A DNA stretch of 56,194 nucleotides, filler included, from Catajapyx aquilonaris (taxonomy: Eukaryota): the NCBI GenBank assembly GCA_000934665.2. It is 4 parts of 4 records of this genome, joined end to end, with 100 filler letters (N's around TTAATTAATTAA, not from the genome) between each part and the next. Parts side by side here need not be neighbours in the genome. Positions count along the whole stretch, not along the records: positions 1 to 13,969 come from JYFJ02007928.1; 3 more parts are not named here. The stretch is one strand, 5' to 3'. Below the pieces are notes generated by a model. That model was given only the letters and a program-made list of their open reading frames with translations, was not told the origin of the DNA and did no database searches. How positions within the stretch are numbered: the stretch's first letter is position 1; each line of letters starts with the position of its first letter. Both the position numbers and the translations under genes were made by a program. Below are positions 1-13,009 of the stretch, piece by piece.

Positions 1-106
1 TACCCCTAGTGACACCCCTGGGGCATATGTGGAGGCCTCCGTATGTATCTGTTTAGGTCACAAAGGACAGACATAGTTCTTGAAATATATATTAGATAAT
101 ATTATG

Positions 107-218
107 CAAGGGGGTAACCACTTACGTACTCCGGTGTACACCTGCGAGTGGTACTCGCAGGTACTCCTTGAATTTGGTACTCCAGTGTACACTTTTCAGT
201 CGAGTGGTTACCCCCTTG
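107..218. mobile_element. Short hAT-type MITE
   Basis: TIRs CAAGGGGGTAACCACT / AGTGGTTACCCCCTTG; exact 8-bp TSD ATATTATG at 99-106 and 219-226. Confidence 0.85.
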
Positions 219-222
219 ATAT

Positions 223-776
223 TATGTGAGGCTCAAACCCCGAAAACGGTCATTGGCCGAAAAAAACAACCATACCTAGGTCTGGTCGCCTTCAAAATAC
301 CAGACCTACAGTAGGTCTGGTCGTTTTCAAACCAGCCATACCTAGGTGTGGTTGTTTTAAAGCAGCCAGACTTACGGCTGGTCGTTACTGATTTTTATAT
401 ATACCTATACAGTATATGGATATAGAGGTCATGGGGCGATGGATGGAGCCCTTTGTGTTGTGGGGCTTTGGGGTGACCGTACCAGGACTGTCCTTTGTTG
501 TGGCCCTGCCGGGCACGGTCCGTCGCATTGCCCGATAATTTTAGTTAGTTGAGAGAGTAGAGCTTCATCCATCTCCCCATCACCTCCATATCCATATAGG
601 CATATTAATAAGCAGGAACGACCAGAACTAGCTGTGGCTGTTTGAAGAGGACCAGACCTAGGTCTGGCTGGTTTGGATATGACCAGACCTAGGTATGGCT
701 GGTTTGAAAACGACCAGACCTAGGTCTGATCGGTTTTTTCGGCCGATGGCCGTTTTCGGGGTTTGAGCCTAACATA
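223..776. mobile_element. Foldback MITE with internal ACCAGACCTAGGTCTGG-type subrepeats
   Basis: The left end TATGTGAGGCTCAAACCCCGAAAACGG matches the reverse complement of the right end, and inverted similarity continues for about 200 nt inward. Superfamily not assigned. Confidence 0.8.
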
Positions 777-789
777 TACACTGTATACA

Positions 790-1023
790 CTTTATAATTG
801 ATATTAGGGAGGTTGACCCGGCATTGCCTCTTCAACCTCCAAGGATAGGAAAGGAAGGAAGCGGCTGTGGCCTATTATACGGAAGCGCCCCCGGAATTAT
901 CCTAGCGGGAAGACAGTGGAAAACTATAGAACACCACGGTCAGGGTCGCCGGCCCCGGGATTCGAACCCAGGACCTCCCGATTAGCAGTCGGACGCCTTA
1001 TCCACCATGCCAACCTGTTTCGG
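790..1023 (-). mobile_element. tRNA-derived SINE, family A
   Basis: Minus-strand head has an A-box-like TGGCATGGTGG, a CTGCTAA anticodon-like loop and a GGTTCGAATCC B box; body contains GGCCACAGCCGCTTCCTTCC. 15-bp TSD TATACACTGTATACA at 775-789 and 1024-1038. Homologous to 26825-27117. Confidence 0.85.
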
Positions 1024-2094
1024 TATACACTGTATACAGTAAGTCCAGTATATCATTAGCTGAATATATTGTTGGCAATCAGGAAGAACAAGGCACCCAT
1101 CGCAGGGATAACAAGAACTCAGCAGAGAGATGACGTCTTTTCTGTCCTCGTTGGCGGGTAACCAGGGACAACGTTATGTCTACAACTTAGTCGATCAGTT
1201 CCAGTCTATTTTAAAATATTTGTCATCCACTTCTCTGCTTTCATCTGCGAGCATCTGACCAGTGGTCCAGATTATGTACGGTCATGTGAGGAAACGAGGA
1301 AGCAGGCATTCGTGCTGTTTCCCGTTATTGATGCCACCCCTATTTAGAAACAAGACGTGATGTGAAGTAAAGGAAAGAATTACAGTATTACCAATATAGA
1401 CCTACCAATAGTCACACATCTGAAATTAAATGATTCTGTGTTTACATTGCCATAGTTCATAAATTATTAATGTTGATATCGATCCCAATTTTGGAGATGT
1501 GCAGGCGCATCGCAATATGTTAAAAACAGTTTTAACCGGACATGTCCAGGTGTGATACAACCACCAGGTAATTGCTATATGGGGAAAGAAATAGTAATGC
1601 TGGTGGTTGTATAGCGACATCATACTTTTCATGGGATACCAACATGTTTCAGGCCTGTTGGTATCACCAGTTATTAGCTCTTGGTATCACTAGATGGTGC
1701 AAAAAAAAATTGTTTGCTGATGTGCTGATGTCCACATAATGTCGACACCAGGTCTCAGGAGGATATATGGGGAAAGAAATAGCAATGCTGGTGGTTGTAT
1801 AGCGACAGGATACTTTTGGCCAAAACTTTATTTGACCCATGGAAATAAAAGTTGTTCGGTTGACTTAGCGAAAATGTTTAATAATATTGGAGATAGAGAA
1901 TTCAGAACTATCAGTCACACTTCACTGGAAGAATTTCGATTGTCAGATCTTTTTTTGCCTTACCTGAACCAATATTTTCAAACATTTTTCTAGGGAACTG
2001 AGACTATTCTAGCTGAAGCTGGCTTGGCCATTTGGAAGTAGAGAATCAGTCAAATGTTACTGCTGACCATGCTACGGACACTCGTTCTTTCATA

Positions 2095-2179
2095 TATCCT
2101 GTGAGTGCCACTACCTGCGGAACAGTCTTCATTTGCCAAACTTGAGGCACGTGCTGCAGGTAGTGGCCTTCACAGGATA
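2095..2179. mobile_element. Small MITE
   Basis: Imperfect TIRs TATCCTGTGAGTGCCACTACCTGC / GCAGGTAGTGGCCTTCACAGGATA. Confidence 0.7.
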
Positions 2180-2929
2180 CACTACGACGACTACCGGTAC
2201 GCGTCTCAATAATTATTTCACCCATATTGCTAAAAATCAGATATTCAGATATTTTTGGTCATTTGAGATCCTGCAGGCTAACCTTTGTAGTAACTAACAT
2301 ATTGGCATGTGGATGACAACATCTAAATTCACATAGGCCTACACTGAAGGCACGACAATAGCGCGCTGGATTGACTTTCCATGTTGTCATTACCCAAATT
2401 TGCATGAAAAGCGCCAATTATTTATATTCCATTCTTTCGACATGAACTGTAATTTCAGCGTTATTATTTTCTCCTAAGCCAACGAGCCAACAAGCAAATG
2501 AAAACAGAACGCATCCTCCGCCCATATGAACCCTTGAGGCTAACAGTAGGCTAATGATTCAAACGTCCTGCATCCCGCATGTAAACGTTGATTTGCCGCA
2601 AACTACTTGTACTCATTCTTATGCAGCTGCCCACTGCAAGACTTGTTGACTTTTGGACTCTGCAAAAAAAATATATATCTCTTCGACAACATTGGTCATG
2701 TACTATTTCCTTAACCAAAGTGACAATTTAGTTGCCTTGCCCTTCAACTGGCTGGCTATAGGTGGTTTGATCCCTCAGTCGGATGACCCTGACTGACTGT
2801 TTTTAGAGTTCACAGCATTTCAACGAAGTCTGATCCCAAGATCGACCGTGGAAATCAACGTCGTATTATTCAGAAGTCGCGACGAATATTTTGTATGCGT
2901 GAGGGCTGTTTTACCAACAGGTCAAATAT

Positions 2930-3065
2930 ACTCTAAGTGGCCGGTTTCACCAAGCCCGGTTTTCATAAAAACCCCGGTTCTTTCGGAAAAATCCCGGGGA
3001 TTTTCCGAAAGAACCGGGTTTAAAAAAAAATGAAAACCGGGCTTGGTGAAACCAGCCATAAGAGT
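2930..3065. mobile_element. Palindromic MITE (possibly Harbinger-like)
   Basis: Near-perfect hairpin over its full length: GGTTTCACCAAGCCCGGTTTTCAT ... ATGAAAACCGGGCTTGGTGAAACC. Confidence 0.75.
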
Positions 3066-6000
3066 GTGTTATATGATACCAGACTATTATTCCTGACGAC
3101 ACACTGAAACGCTAATCAGGAATAATGCGGTCCGTCATGATATCACCGGGACAGTACACAATTAAATGTTGATAGAGTCAACAAGCATGTTTTTTCATGT
3201 ACGGTTACGTCCCCTTTTTGAGCATTTCACTGCCCTGTACGCCCCGATGACTTGATTACTCGCTACTTTTAATGTTTAGTTTAGTTTTGCATACATACTG
3301 ACCGGTTATGGTCTACCAAACCGACAGCGACAGAGACTGATGCTATCCTAATGTTAAGTCCCCCCGCAATTAAAAATGCACACCTAATCAAATAAACTCG
3401 CATAAAAGTACTGATGAAAAAATAAAAACACATTGTTATAATTGATTCAGCCAAAATTTACTGCGGCAAAATTGTGTGCATTGCAGTTTAATACTATTGC
3501 ATGTTGGAACTCCCACTGTACTGTACTGCATTGTTTGCTCGTCACAATATACGTTCGATTTTCCTTCTGGAATTTCCTTCCAGAATTCTGTAGACATCTG
3601 AATAATTAATGATCTCCCAGGTTTCGTACTATGATGTCACTCCTTTCGCGATCAACTAGCAAAATATATGCGTTTAAAACAGATGAATATACAGCAAGAT
3701 TCAATGTGACCTCCCGAAATGCAAAGGATCACGTAAGCCTCCCAACACCTGCTATTACGCACATGCCCTGTCGTTGACTTGCAATAGGTGTCAGTGGACC
3801 TTCCCCGACGCGTACATCTGCACAAATGCATTTCAACACGCCCTTTATTATACTCAAGGGTGCAAGTCTGAGCTACATGGGGAAGGACGATTTGCTAAGA
3901 AGAAAATGACCGCTGGATCTCGCAATAATTCACTGATCAACAGTGATAGTATAAGATAGTGGTGACATAGCGACAGCTTCGGTATTCACATAATCGAGTT
4001 CATTATGCAAACGGCGCGGCGGCACAACTGAGGTTATAGGCTGTAGAAAGGTCAGTGTGGTCGGTATACGTCACAATCAGCAAGTATGTATACCTTCTCT
4101 GCACGACTTTACCTTCAATATTTCCCCTTACCTTCCATATTTTGAAGGTATTTTGCACATAGAAGGTAATTTGTAAGGTGTAACGCCAGCTGCTCTAAAC
4201 ATCTCCCTGAAGATTTTGAGAACACCTGGTATTATCGGTAATAGGCCATAATTATTTATGCTGAGCCAGCACCCTGTACAGTACACATAATCCAATTATT
4301 TCAAACCCTGTCCATGTGCCCATGCAAGTGACAATAAAAGCTCTGAAAAAGAGAAGAAAACAATCAATACAAAACACCGAATGCTGGATACACTTGCACA
4401 AAGCCGGTACACCACGACCTGACATTTTGGCAGTATTGGTAGTCATACATAAATAGGGACTGAGAGACTACTAAGGTGCATCACTCTGACAACAATCCCA
4501 ATTTTATTATCCAGCCATCAAAACACCGACGTCTACGCATGTATCCTAAAAACGACAAGCATGTTAAGTCACAAATGAAAATGGTCAGTATATGATATCG
4601 AGTGAATGGGGCCATCATGCAACAACAGGGCGGAACACTATAGGAAGTCTTCGGTGTGAAAAGAGTCATGCTGGGTGCTGATCCACCCCTAGGGGATATT
4701 ATTATTTTGTAAAAAAAAATTAAATAATACATAATAAAAGGGGAAATCAATGCGTGAGTTCCGCTCTAAACATGCACACCCTCTCTATTGTCGCCCATGA
4801 CAAACATGGCCATTTACTTGTAATGGAGCATGTCCTCGGAGCATGTAGTTTACTGCGCTCCTATTTTTAGCCGAAAGGCTAGCAAAAGGGAACAATGAGT
4901 CTCTTGCAACATTGTCGTTTGTAGTCGACGTTGATAGGCAATCTAGTACATTTGACGGCGCTCAATAATGGCGCATGGGTAAATTACATGGTCGTGGGCA
5001 TTTTTATGTTGTGCAACTACTGCACTGGCCGAACCACACCTCTTCACTCGACTCTGCGGGGTAACATTATTAATTGAGGAGAGTAAACATATAAATTAAT
5101 CTGGCAAAATCGAAGAGGGTGTTGCAGTACCTCCCTGTATAAGTTACAACGCCCTTGGTATAATATCTTTTTATAGGTGTCAAATACTATCTTTTCACAA
5201 TCAGCTAATGCACCATATGCATTGGGCTCATATATTATTAATACCCTACTGTGATGGCGATTCCTCCAGCTGTGTATGGCCTACAGCATTGTATGTGATG
5301 TCAAAATTTAGCCCGCGTGTCCTATATTTGCAATAAACTTTTGTTTTTTTGGAAATCGTGTCCAGGGAAAAAGCAAAAAACTCCGACCGCCTAAAAAACT
5401 AACCACAACGGAGTTCCCATAAACGTCGTTCCGGCCGCGGGAGCTATCTTCGGTACTTCGCCGTCGAATGTCGCTGCCCAGCTCCCTGGTCCGCGTCTCC
5501 ACTTTCGCAATTTTGCCTAATTTTTTGCCTAATTTTGGCAAGTTGGTGCCTAGTAGTGTGTTACGAAAGAACATGGATCAATCCACTTATCATGGAAAGG
5601 TTGAGGATCTAACCCCCCCAGACTTAGGTCTGGCATATAGCTTTAAAAAACTATAAGTATATTTTTTACTGCCAGATGACCGAAAATAAGTCACATCTGG
5701 AGATGTTCCCCTCTCTATTTAAAACTNAAAAAAAAAATCGGACCCGTTCATCCTCAGCAATAGCTAAAAACGATAAATCCGATTGCTCATATCTGATTGT
5801 CTGCTTTTAACGGTAATCCCAGATGAGGACAAGAGGCGCGTGGCTTCACATCTGATTAACCATCCGATGCGGTACGACGCAGCTGGTTTTTCGAGTGTGT
5901 GACCGTATGTGTGTAGAGGGGGAGTCAACTCACCCCATCCCTCTCTCCCTACCCCACGCACACAAATGCAAGAAAACGGGCAACGGGACCCTCTGCCTTG

Positions 6001-6783
6001 ACCAGTCCCTTTTGGTCAGTCTGGCCCTCCCCCAAAAAATACATGCTGGAAAAACCTGAACAGAAAAATAGAGTCGAGCAGGGAGGGAGGGGGGGGGGGT
6101 TGTAGTAAAAAAATAAATAAAAACTGAAATGAGAAGGGTGGCCCATTATTGGTTCCGGTCCGCAAGAGCCGATAAGTGGCAGTTGAGAAGAACGGTTACT
6201 TCCCTATTTTTGGGGGTTATGACTAGGAACAGGTCATCGTGTCAAAGCAGGGATCAACAGGTTATGGCCTCTGTCTGACTCGAGCCGCCTCAACAGGTCT
6301 TCACCCCCTCACCCCCTGGTTCCCTCGTTTCTGTTCACTCTGGCCTAACCGACAGTCAAAGCAGGTCATATGACGATCGATGTCAGCTACCACGCTCTCA
6401 ACCCCATTTTGTAATTATTAGGTCGCGGATAGTTCGGTTTTAGGTAGTACACATCAGGAGCACTGGTTTTATTTAGATGAGTCTTCTAATTTAGTGACCT
6501 ACCGCAGGGGGCATACTCATATGGGAAAACTAATATTAGTATGGATCTCGTTTAATAAATGTATGCAAATATTTTAAAGGTGCGATGTAGCGTTAGTGCG
6601 ATCATGGCAAATTGAAGAAAAACTTATGTAATTTTAAATCCTGTAAATGGGACGAATTTCATTCATGCTGATCTGAAATCTGGAAATTGTACTCACACAA
6701 TTATATCCAGTTAAATTTTTGCAGCAATCAATTCAACCTCTGCTTGATCCAATGTTGACACACTGTCATTTACTGACTCTTGA

Positions 6784-7061
6784 GGTTCAAGACCTCAACT
6801 TACATGCCTATATGATGAAGTGGGTGATCTATTGGGAAAGGACAGGTAAGGACGGAATCCCTCAAGTCTGTTACACCTATGCATGCCAAGTCAAATGGGA
6901 CTATCGAGTGCCCATATAGAGCGTCTCGACAGTACGTCAACGACTGCCATGAATAAAAAAGTGAAGCAGCTCCCCTGTGGAATTCCCCCCAACTATTGGC
7001 TTTGCTATAGGTTTCAGACATCAGGGAGCAAACAGAATGTTACCTACTGAATATGCTGTTC
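6784..7061 (+). pseudogene. Probable decayed LTR-retrotransposon (Ty3/Gypsy-like) integrase core fragment
   Basis: Frameshifted translations RPQLTCLYDEVGDLLGKDR* and SVTPMHAKSNGTIECPYRASRQYV resemble, in order, the rve motifs GPQFTS..F..VC..LGI and TPYHPQSNG.IER..R. Judged by eye only. Confidence 0.4.
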
Positions 7062-7244
7062 CTCTCTAGTGCCGTACTGTACCTGTGCCACTGATCTGTC
7101 AACCTCATACTCATTAACAGCCACATATTTGTTTACAATATTTTAATTACACAATGTACTGTACATACGCTATGGTAAATTTAAAAAAATAATCTGTAAT
7201 CTTATTCCTTAAACCGACAATCATCTGCTAATAATATTATCTCA

Positions 7245-7530
7245 TTCTCTATCCCGAGACATAATGCAGTTCCACCCACTACTGTCTTATGCGAATGCCA
7301 CCCACTCCGGATCACCCGCAGCGATAATTAAGTGCGACTAGAGTCTCGGCATGTCATGCCTTGCACGTATTGTTATTTCTGAGTTACTTTATGTCAAATG
7401 CATGACACATATCCATTTCGCGTCTTTTCGAGCCTCTTATTGCCCTCAGTTATCGCGGTGGGAGATCTGGAGTGGGCAATATTCAGATAAGGCGGTGGGC
7501 TGGACCTGACTTATGTTTCGTGATAGAGAA
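7245..7530. mobile_element. Degenerate palindromic MITE
   Basis: Ends TTCTCTATCCCGAGACATAA / TTATGTTTCGTGATAGAGAA; inner inverted match CCCACTCCGGATC..CGATAA / TTATCG..GATCTGGAGTGGG. Confidence 0.65.
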
Positions 7531-8777
7531 CACCCATACTTTAAGAGCTTTTCGTAGTGGGCTATAGTGTTTTTTCACGAGTCATATTTAAAAACAATTT
7601 TTTAAAAAACACGGGTCTAAGTTTTGAGTTAATCATTGTAAATGTAGTCCTTGACACTACTTATACGGTATTACTTCTTACACTACAGTGTTTTGGACTA
7701 GCAATGGGCCTATATAATGCCAGTCTGCCAGGTGCAACATGACTGAATGAGTCATAGTTTCCTCTATAATATTCATAGACGTGCCCACGGGACGTGCCTG
7801 AGTGGGTGTAGGATATCTATAGAGCCCGCTTACTATTCCACGCCCAATTTGCATTATAGACTTGCCCTTACTGAACACAATTGGTGACGAATTGCCCATA
7901 TTCTTTTTCCACATAATCTGAATGACCCTCTCGCCGACATTGGCACCTCTGCTCAGCATTAAATCGATCTGTCTGGACGCCTATTTAGGCTACAATGTAA
8001 GCCTATAGTGCAAGTTCGTTGCATACTTCCCCACCTACCCATCTTTCCAAAGGTGAACCAAATTATGTTGGCAATTATACAGACCTGTAAATACAACAGG
8101 TGGTCCTGGAACACCGTTAGATAGTCTCCAATATCCAACACAAAGGAAGGTGATAATATTGACAAATTTTTACGCATGTAACTGTGTTTTTCAAATATAT
8201 CAGCTTCATTCAAGGGGACTGCCCTATTCGTGAGAAGGTGACCAAGACCAGTCCATCTGGGACAAAAAACGGCTCAAAATCTGGGCGCCCCCAAAGCATA
8301 TGAAATGGGGGCAGGGATAGAAAGAAAAGGGGTGGGGTGATGGAGCTCTAGAGAGGGATATTTAAAAAAAACCAAATGTGTGCCTTCAGACGCTATTACC
8401 ATATGAAGGTGCCATCCTGCACAGCACCTGGCGACGCAGGTCTCCCCCCAATACACTCGCCTGTCCACATGTGTCCCGTGTGTGTGTTTAGCTCCCTCCT
8501 CAAGGGAGAAAAAGGACTTCCCGCTGCTTCATTCACCAACGTTCATCAGATCGTTTTTTTATGAAGCTTGAATCAAAAGATGACAAATAACCTGCATTGT
8601 CGCCACATATTTTTGTTGCGAATTTCACCTCTCATGTTTCTGCCAAATGATTCGTGTCAAGCTTTTCTTGAGGATTCATCAATGATAGCTACATTGCTAA
8701 TAATAATCTCACAGTTACAGGCAACAGACGTGAATAATTTTTAGTGGAAATTGTAGTTAATAATATTCGAACTGAGC

Positions 8778-9379
8778 CAGGGGTGGATTTACCCTTCCTG
8801 GGGCCCTGTGCGAAAATCCCTGTGAGGCCCCCTGTCATGTGATCCAACCCGCTGAAGTATTGCCATCTCAGTGGCGGTTCCAGGAAATTTTTCTGGGGGG
8901 GGGGGGGGGGGGGGGGCATTGGTGGCAAAAAGGTTCCCAAATAGAGGGAAAAATATTTCTTACATATCATGTACTACACCCGGTATTAACCATCAAAAAT
9001 AATCTTGAAGTTGAAGCTCCTCCCCATAGATATAATGTCAAAAGGAGGGTTCCCCGCCTCCTCGTTTGTACCTATCTGTGTAATCTAGCGGATCCATCCC
9101 GCGGATTACTTTCCTGNGCCCCCCCCCTAAAACCGCCACTGTGCCATCTAGCGACGTAGAATGTCACTTGATAATTTGAGTGACGAAGTAGAGTCAGTAA
9201 ACGGACGTACCAATTCACCTTTAAAAAAATATCTCCTTCCTTTGCACGGGCAATCCACCTTGCCCGGCTTTTTCATTTATTTTATTATTTATTTACTTTT
9301 TACGTCCGCGTCGTTGGGCCCCATTTTCCGTTGGGCCCTGTGCGGCCGCACACTCCGCACATGCGTAAATCCGCCACTG
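8778..9379. mobile_element. CAG...CTG MITE (hAT-like), host of a nested MITE
   Basis: TIRs CAGGGGTGGATTTAC / GTAAATCCGCCACTG; direct repeat GAACTGAGC at 8769-8777 and 9380-9388. Confidence 0.8.
8869..9141. mobile_element. Nested hAT-type MITE
   Basis: TIRs CAGTGGCGGTT / AACCGCCACTG; 8-bp TSD TGCCATCT at 8861-8868 and 9142-9149. Confidence 0.85.
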
Positions 9380-9401
9380 GAACTGAGCTAAACTGTAACT
9401 G

Positions 9402-9861
9402 ACAAGGGAAGTGTAAGTGTTGTCCGTGGAGTTTCTGAATGAAACTTGGGACAATAATATAGGCAGGTAAGTTATTAAAGAAAATGCAAACAATTTAGGC
9501 GGATGCCCAAAAGGTCAAAAGTTATGACCTCTCGAACTCACAAGGGACACTTTCCAAGGTCTCACTGATTTTCTTGAAATTCGGTACATTGGTAAGCCAC
9601 CCCAAGGGATGAAAAACGAACATAAAGTGACCTGCTCAAAATGACCCGGTGACCCCTTTTTGGGGGCTACCAATGCACCGAATTTCAAGAAAAATCGGTG
9701 AGACCTTGGAAAGTGTCCCTTGTGAGTTCGAGTGGTCATAACTTTTGACCTTGTGGGCATCCGCCTAAATTGTTTGCATTTTCTTTAATAACTTACCTGG
9801 CTATATTATTGTCCCAAGTTTCATTCAGAAACTCCACGGACAACACTTACACTTCCCTTGT
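9402..9861. mobile_element. Foldback element, shorter copy
   Basis: Near-perfect long inverted arms starting ACAAGGGAAGTGTAAGTGTTGTC; same family as 10785-11377. Confidence 0.85.
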
Positions 9862-10784
9862 GAGTATCTTGAGTGGTGAAAATACCGAAACTTGGATGCG
9901 GGAGTGAAAGTACAGCATCTTTAGCACCTGAATATCATTGATGCATTTTTATGTATAATATTCAGAAATATTACTTATGCATTTGTCCCACATTCAAACA
10001 TTTTGCAATACCACTTTCACTGAATACCGCATGCCCTAATACCGTAGGGAGGTCTTGTATAATGTCATGTCATGTCATGTCATATACTGGCATTTGTGAC
10101 CACAAATATACTCCCGTGAGTCCGTGACTACACATGGGGTCACGACCATTACTTGCGGAAGTCCTGATTTATGCAGCGCTAAAGTACAGTACATTCATAC
10201 AATACCGGTATATCTGGAATTTTCAGGCTCTCTTTCTCTCTCTCTCTCTCGGCCAGGACCACATAAGTGCTACACGTGATTTATATTGGTTATTAACTAC
10301 CCGATGTAGTCAATTTTGAAACAAAAATTCCTCATGACTTGGGAGTTTAAAAAACCAAAACTCGCATTCTAAAAAATTTCACACACTGTAAAAAAAACAA
10401 CTGTGTCAATAATGTTAACAAAGACACATGATGTACGGTACTGTTTGCTTCAAGTACGAGTAGGTACAAAGTATCAGTTAAACAGTGACAACATTCAGGA
10501 TGTATGACATTCATGTAGCTTATTATGATACAGCATCCGCAGTGCCTTCCTTGGCGTAGTGTAATTTCCAGTAAATATTGTTTGCATAAAACAAGTAGTT
10601 TTCACATAATTATTTCCTAAGGTGATTTTAATTTTAATAATGTAGATTATAGAGTGAAAACTTCCATCCGATACATAGACATGGGTGCCTGTGGAGCGCG
10701 GAAAAGGAGCAGCTGCTTGCATATTTTTATTTCGGAAAGTAATAAATTACAATAACTACTAATGTGCAGTGTATTTGCGATCTA

Positions 10785-11377
10785 ACAAGGGAAGTGTAAG
10801 TGTTGTCAGTGGAGTTTCTGAATGAAACTTGGCACAATAATATAGGCAGGTAAGTTATTAAAGAAAATGCAAACATTTTAGGCGAATGCCCACAAGGTCA
10901 AAAGTTATGACCTCTCGAACTCACAAGGGACACTTTCCAAGGTCTCACCGATTTTCTTGAAATTCGGTACATTGGTAGGCCACCCCAAGGGATGAAAAAC
11001 GCACCTAAAGTGACCTGCTCAAAATGATCCGGTGACCCCTTTTTGTGGTCCAGAGGTCAAGTCTTAAATGCCGACAACTCACCCATTTTCTTGAAATTCG
11101 GTGCATTGGTAGCCCCAAAAAGGGGTCACCGGGTCATTTTGAGTAGGTCACTTTAGGTGCGTTTTTCATCCCTTGGGGTGGCCTACCAATGTACCGAATT
11201 TCAAGAAAATCGGTGAGACCTTTGGAAAGTGTCCCCTGTGAGTTCGAGAGGTCATAACTTTTGACCTTGTGGGCATTCGCATAAATTGTTTGCATTTTCT
11301 TTAATAACTTACCTGCCTATATTGTTGTGCCAAGTTTCATTCAGAAATTCCACGGACAACACTTACACTTCCCTTGT
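10785..11377. mobile_element. Foldback element, longer copy
   Basis: Near-perfect inverted arms of about 260 nt, ACAAGGGAAGTG...CACTTCCCTTGT. Confidence 0.85.
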
Positions 11378-11816
11378 AAGTACTGTACAATATGCTGCAT
11401 TTGACATTTTCTTATGAAATTGGTCTCTCACTCAACAATGAATAACCAGAAAGCATAATTATGATCGAATATGATTAACCAACACATTTTTGTGCTGCAT
11501 GAATGACCCTTCAGTGTCTTATGCAAACTTTGTTCTTCTATACCTCTGAAAACAGCGTTCTAGCACTCGGTTCAGCACACAGATGGTTCCTTGGTGATTC
11601 GCAATCTCATTCTTTTCCATTTGAAGCGCTTTTTATTTGTTATTTTTTACAAAAACAACATATGTCAAAAGTGTCATTTTTCAGAAGACACAAAAAACCT
11701 TCCCCTGCTCTTCAAAATAGGATTTTCCCAGATGAAAAAATAGTGTCTTATGGACACACTGATGTGACATAATTATGACATGAAGTTCGAATATCTGCAA
11801 GCGGTATAGTAGACTA

Positions 11817-12095
11817 ATGCTGGAAAACATTGCAGCCGGATTCTGACACTATGCTGTTCGTACGTAAATGGTGGAATAATGATGTATAATTTATTTATTT
11901 TCCACTTTTCATTAAATTTGATAAAGAAATACACTATTTTCATGCTGGAAAACATTCATGCTTCATTCATGCTGGAAAACATTGCAGCCGGATTCTGACA
12001 TTATGCTGTTCGTACGTAAATGGTGGAATAATGATGTATAATTTATTTATTTTCCACTTTTCATTATATTTGATAAAGAAATACATTATTTTCAT
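11817..12095. repeat. Tandem direct duplication of a 127-nt unit
   Basis: 11817-11943 and 11969-12095 are nearly identical (ATGCTGGAAAACATTGCAGCCGG...TATTTTCAT). A degenerate third copy lies near 12720-12830. Confidence 0.85.
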
Positions 12096-12144
12096 CATCA
12101 GAGAATGCACGTCTTCATTCCTATACACAATATCAATATCAATA

Positions 12145-12695
12145 CAGTTGAATCAGGATATAACAGACTTCAAGGGACAGAAAAAAAATCAATCTGTTAT
12201 TCTGTACGCGTAGAGCCGAATTACCACTTTTGCAACGAATGCACAAGTTTTCTGCTTTCATATGCTTATAATGAACACTACTGCGCGCTGATGAAACTAT
12301 CCACAAACATGCAAAATTAGCTCACCACAACTTAGGCAGGACCAAAACAATGCGTCATTTTCTTCTGCCGTCTCGTCCTTGCCAAATACACAAGAAAAAG
12401 AATGATTTGACCTTTTCGGCAAGTGTTATATCAGTGACAGATGGGGAAATAATCCCATCTCTATTATGCAGTGCTTTCCTCGAGTGGGAAAAGAGGCCGA
12501 GTAATCAAATTCATCATATTTTCCCAACGAAGGGTCAAAAAAAGGTATGTTATACCCGAGTTGTGGTGAAAATGAGTCTGTTATATCAGGAGTAAAAATA
12601 CACAGGACCTTATGGAAGTTTGCCGGGACCAGCCTTCTAGTCTGTTATAACCGAAAGTCTGTTACAGCCGAGGCTGTTATATCCGGATTCAACAC
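12145..12695. mobile_element. pogo/Tigger-like MITE
   Basis: TA-flanked; ends CAGTTGAATCAGGATATAACAG / CTGTTATATCCGGATTCAAC, with repeated TGTTATA subterminal motifs. Confidence 0.7.
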
Positions 12696-13009
12696 TATCT
12701 GTAAGTGGTAGTGACGTAGAAAAATATTCCAGATCGACATTGACATTATGCTGCTCTTACATAAAAGGTGGATTAATATCGCATAATGTTCCACTTTTCT
12801 TTAAAATTCTTTAAAATGTATGATTTTAATTTTCAAAAAATGCACTCACTGAATTATACACATCTTCACAGCCATTATTCCTATGATTTCATCCGCCAGT
12901 GGCATTTGTGACTGATGAGCATATAAGGGTTGGACAGTATAGGAAGGTGCAGTGACAAGTAATTAAACAACATTAACAATCTGGATGAAAAGGGTTTTAA
13001 CTTTACATT

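Noticed and set aside
270..730. Recurring ACCAGACCTAGGTCTGG units that superficially resemble a CRISPR array
   Set aside because: Eukaryotic context, no unique spacers, no cas genes, and the units are mirrored inside a foldback MITE.
950..1023. tRNA-like sequences here and at 14611, 19881, 20458 and 26825
   Set aside because: The cloverleaves are incomplete and continue into repeat bodies, several with TSDs; these are SINE heads, not tRNA genes.
7690..7990. Protein-like minus-strand frame (...DYVEKEYGQFVTNCVQ*...VYEYYRGNYDSF...)
   Set aside because: Interrupted by stops and no family recognised; cannot support a pseudogene call.
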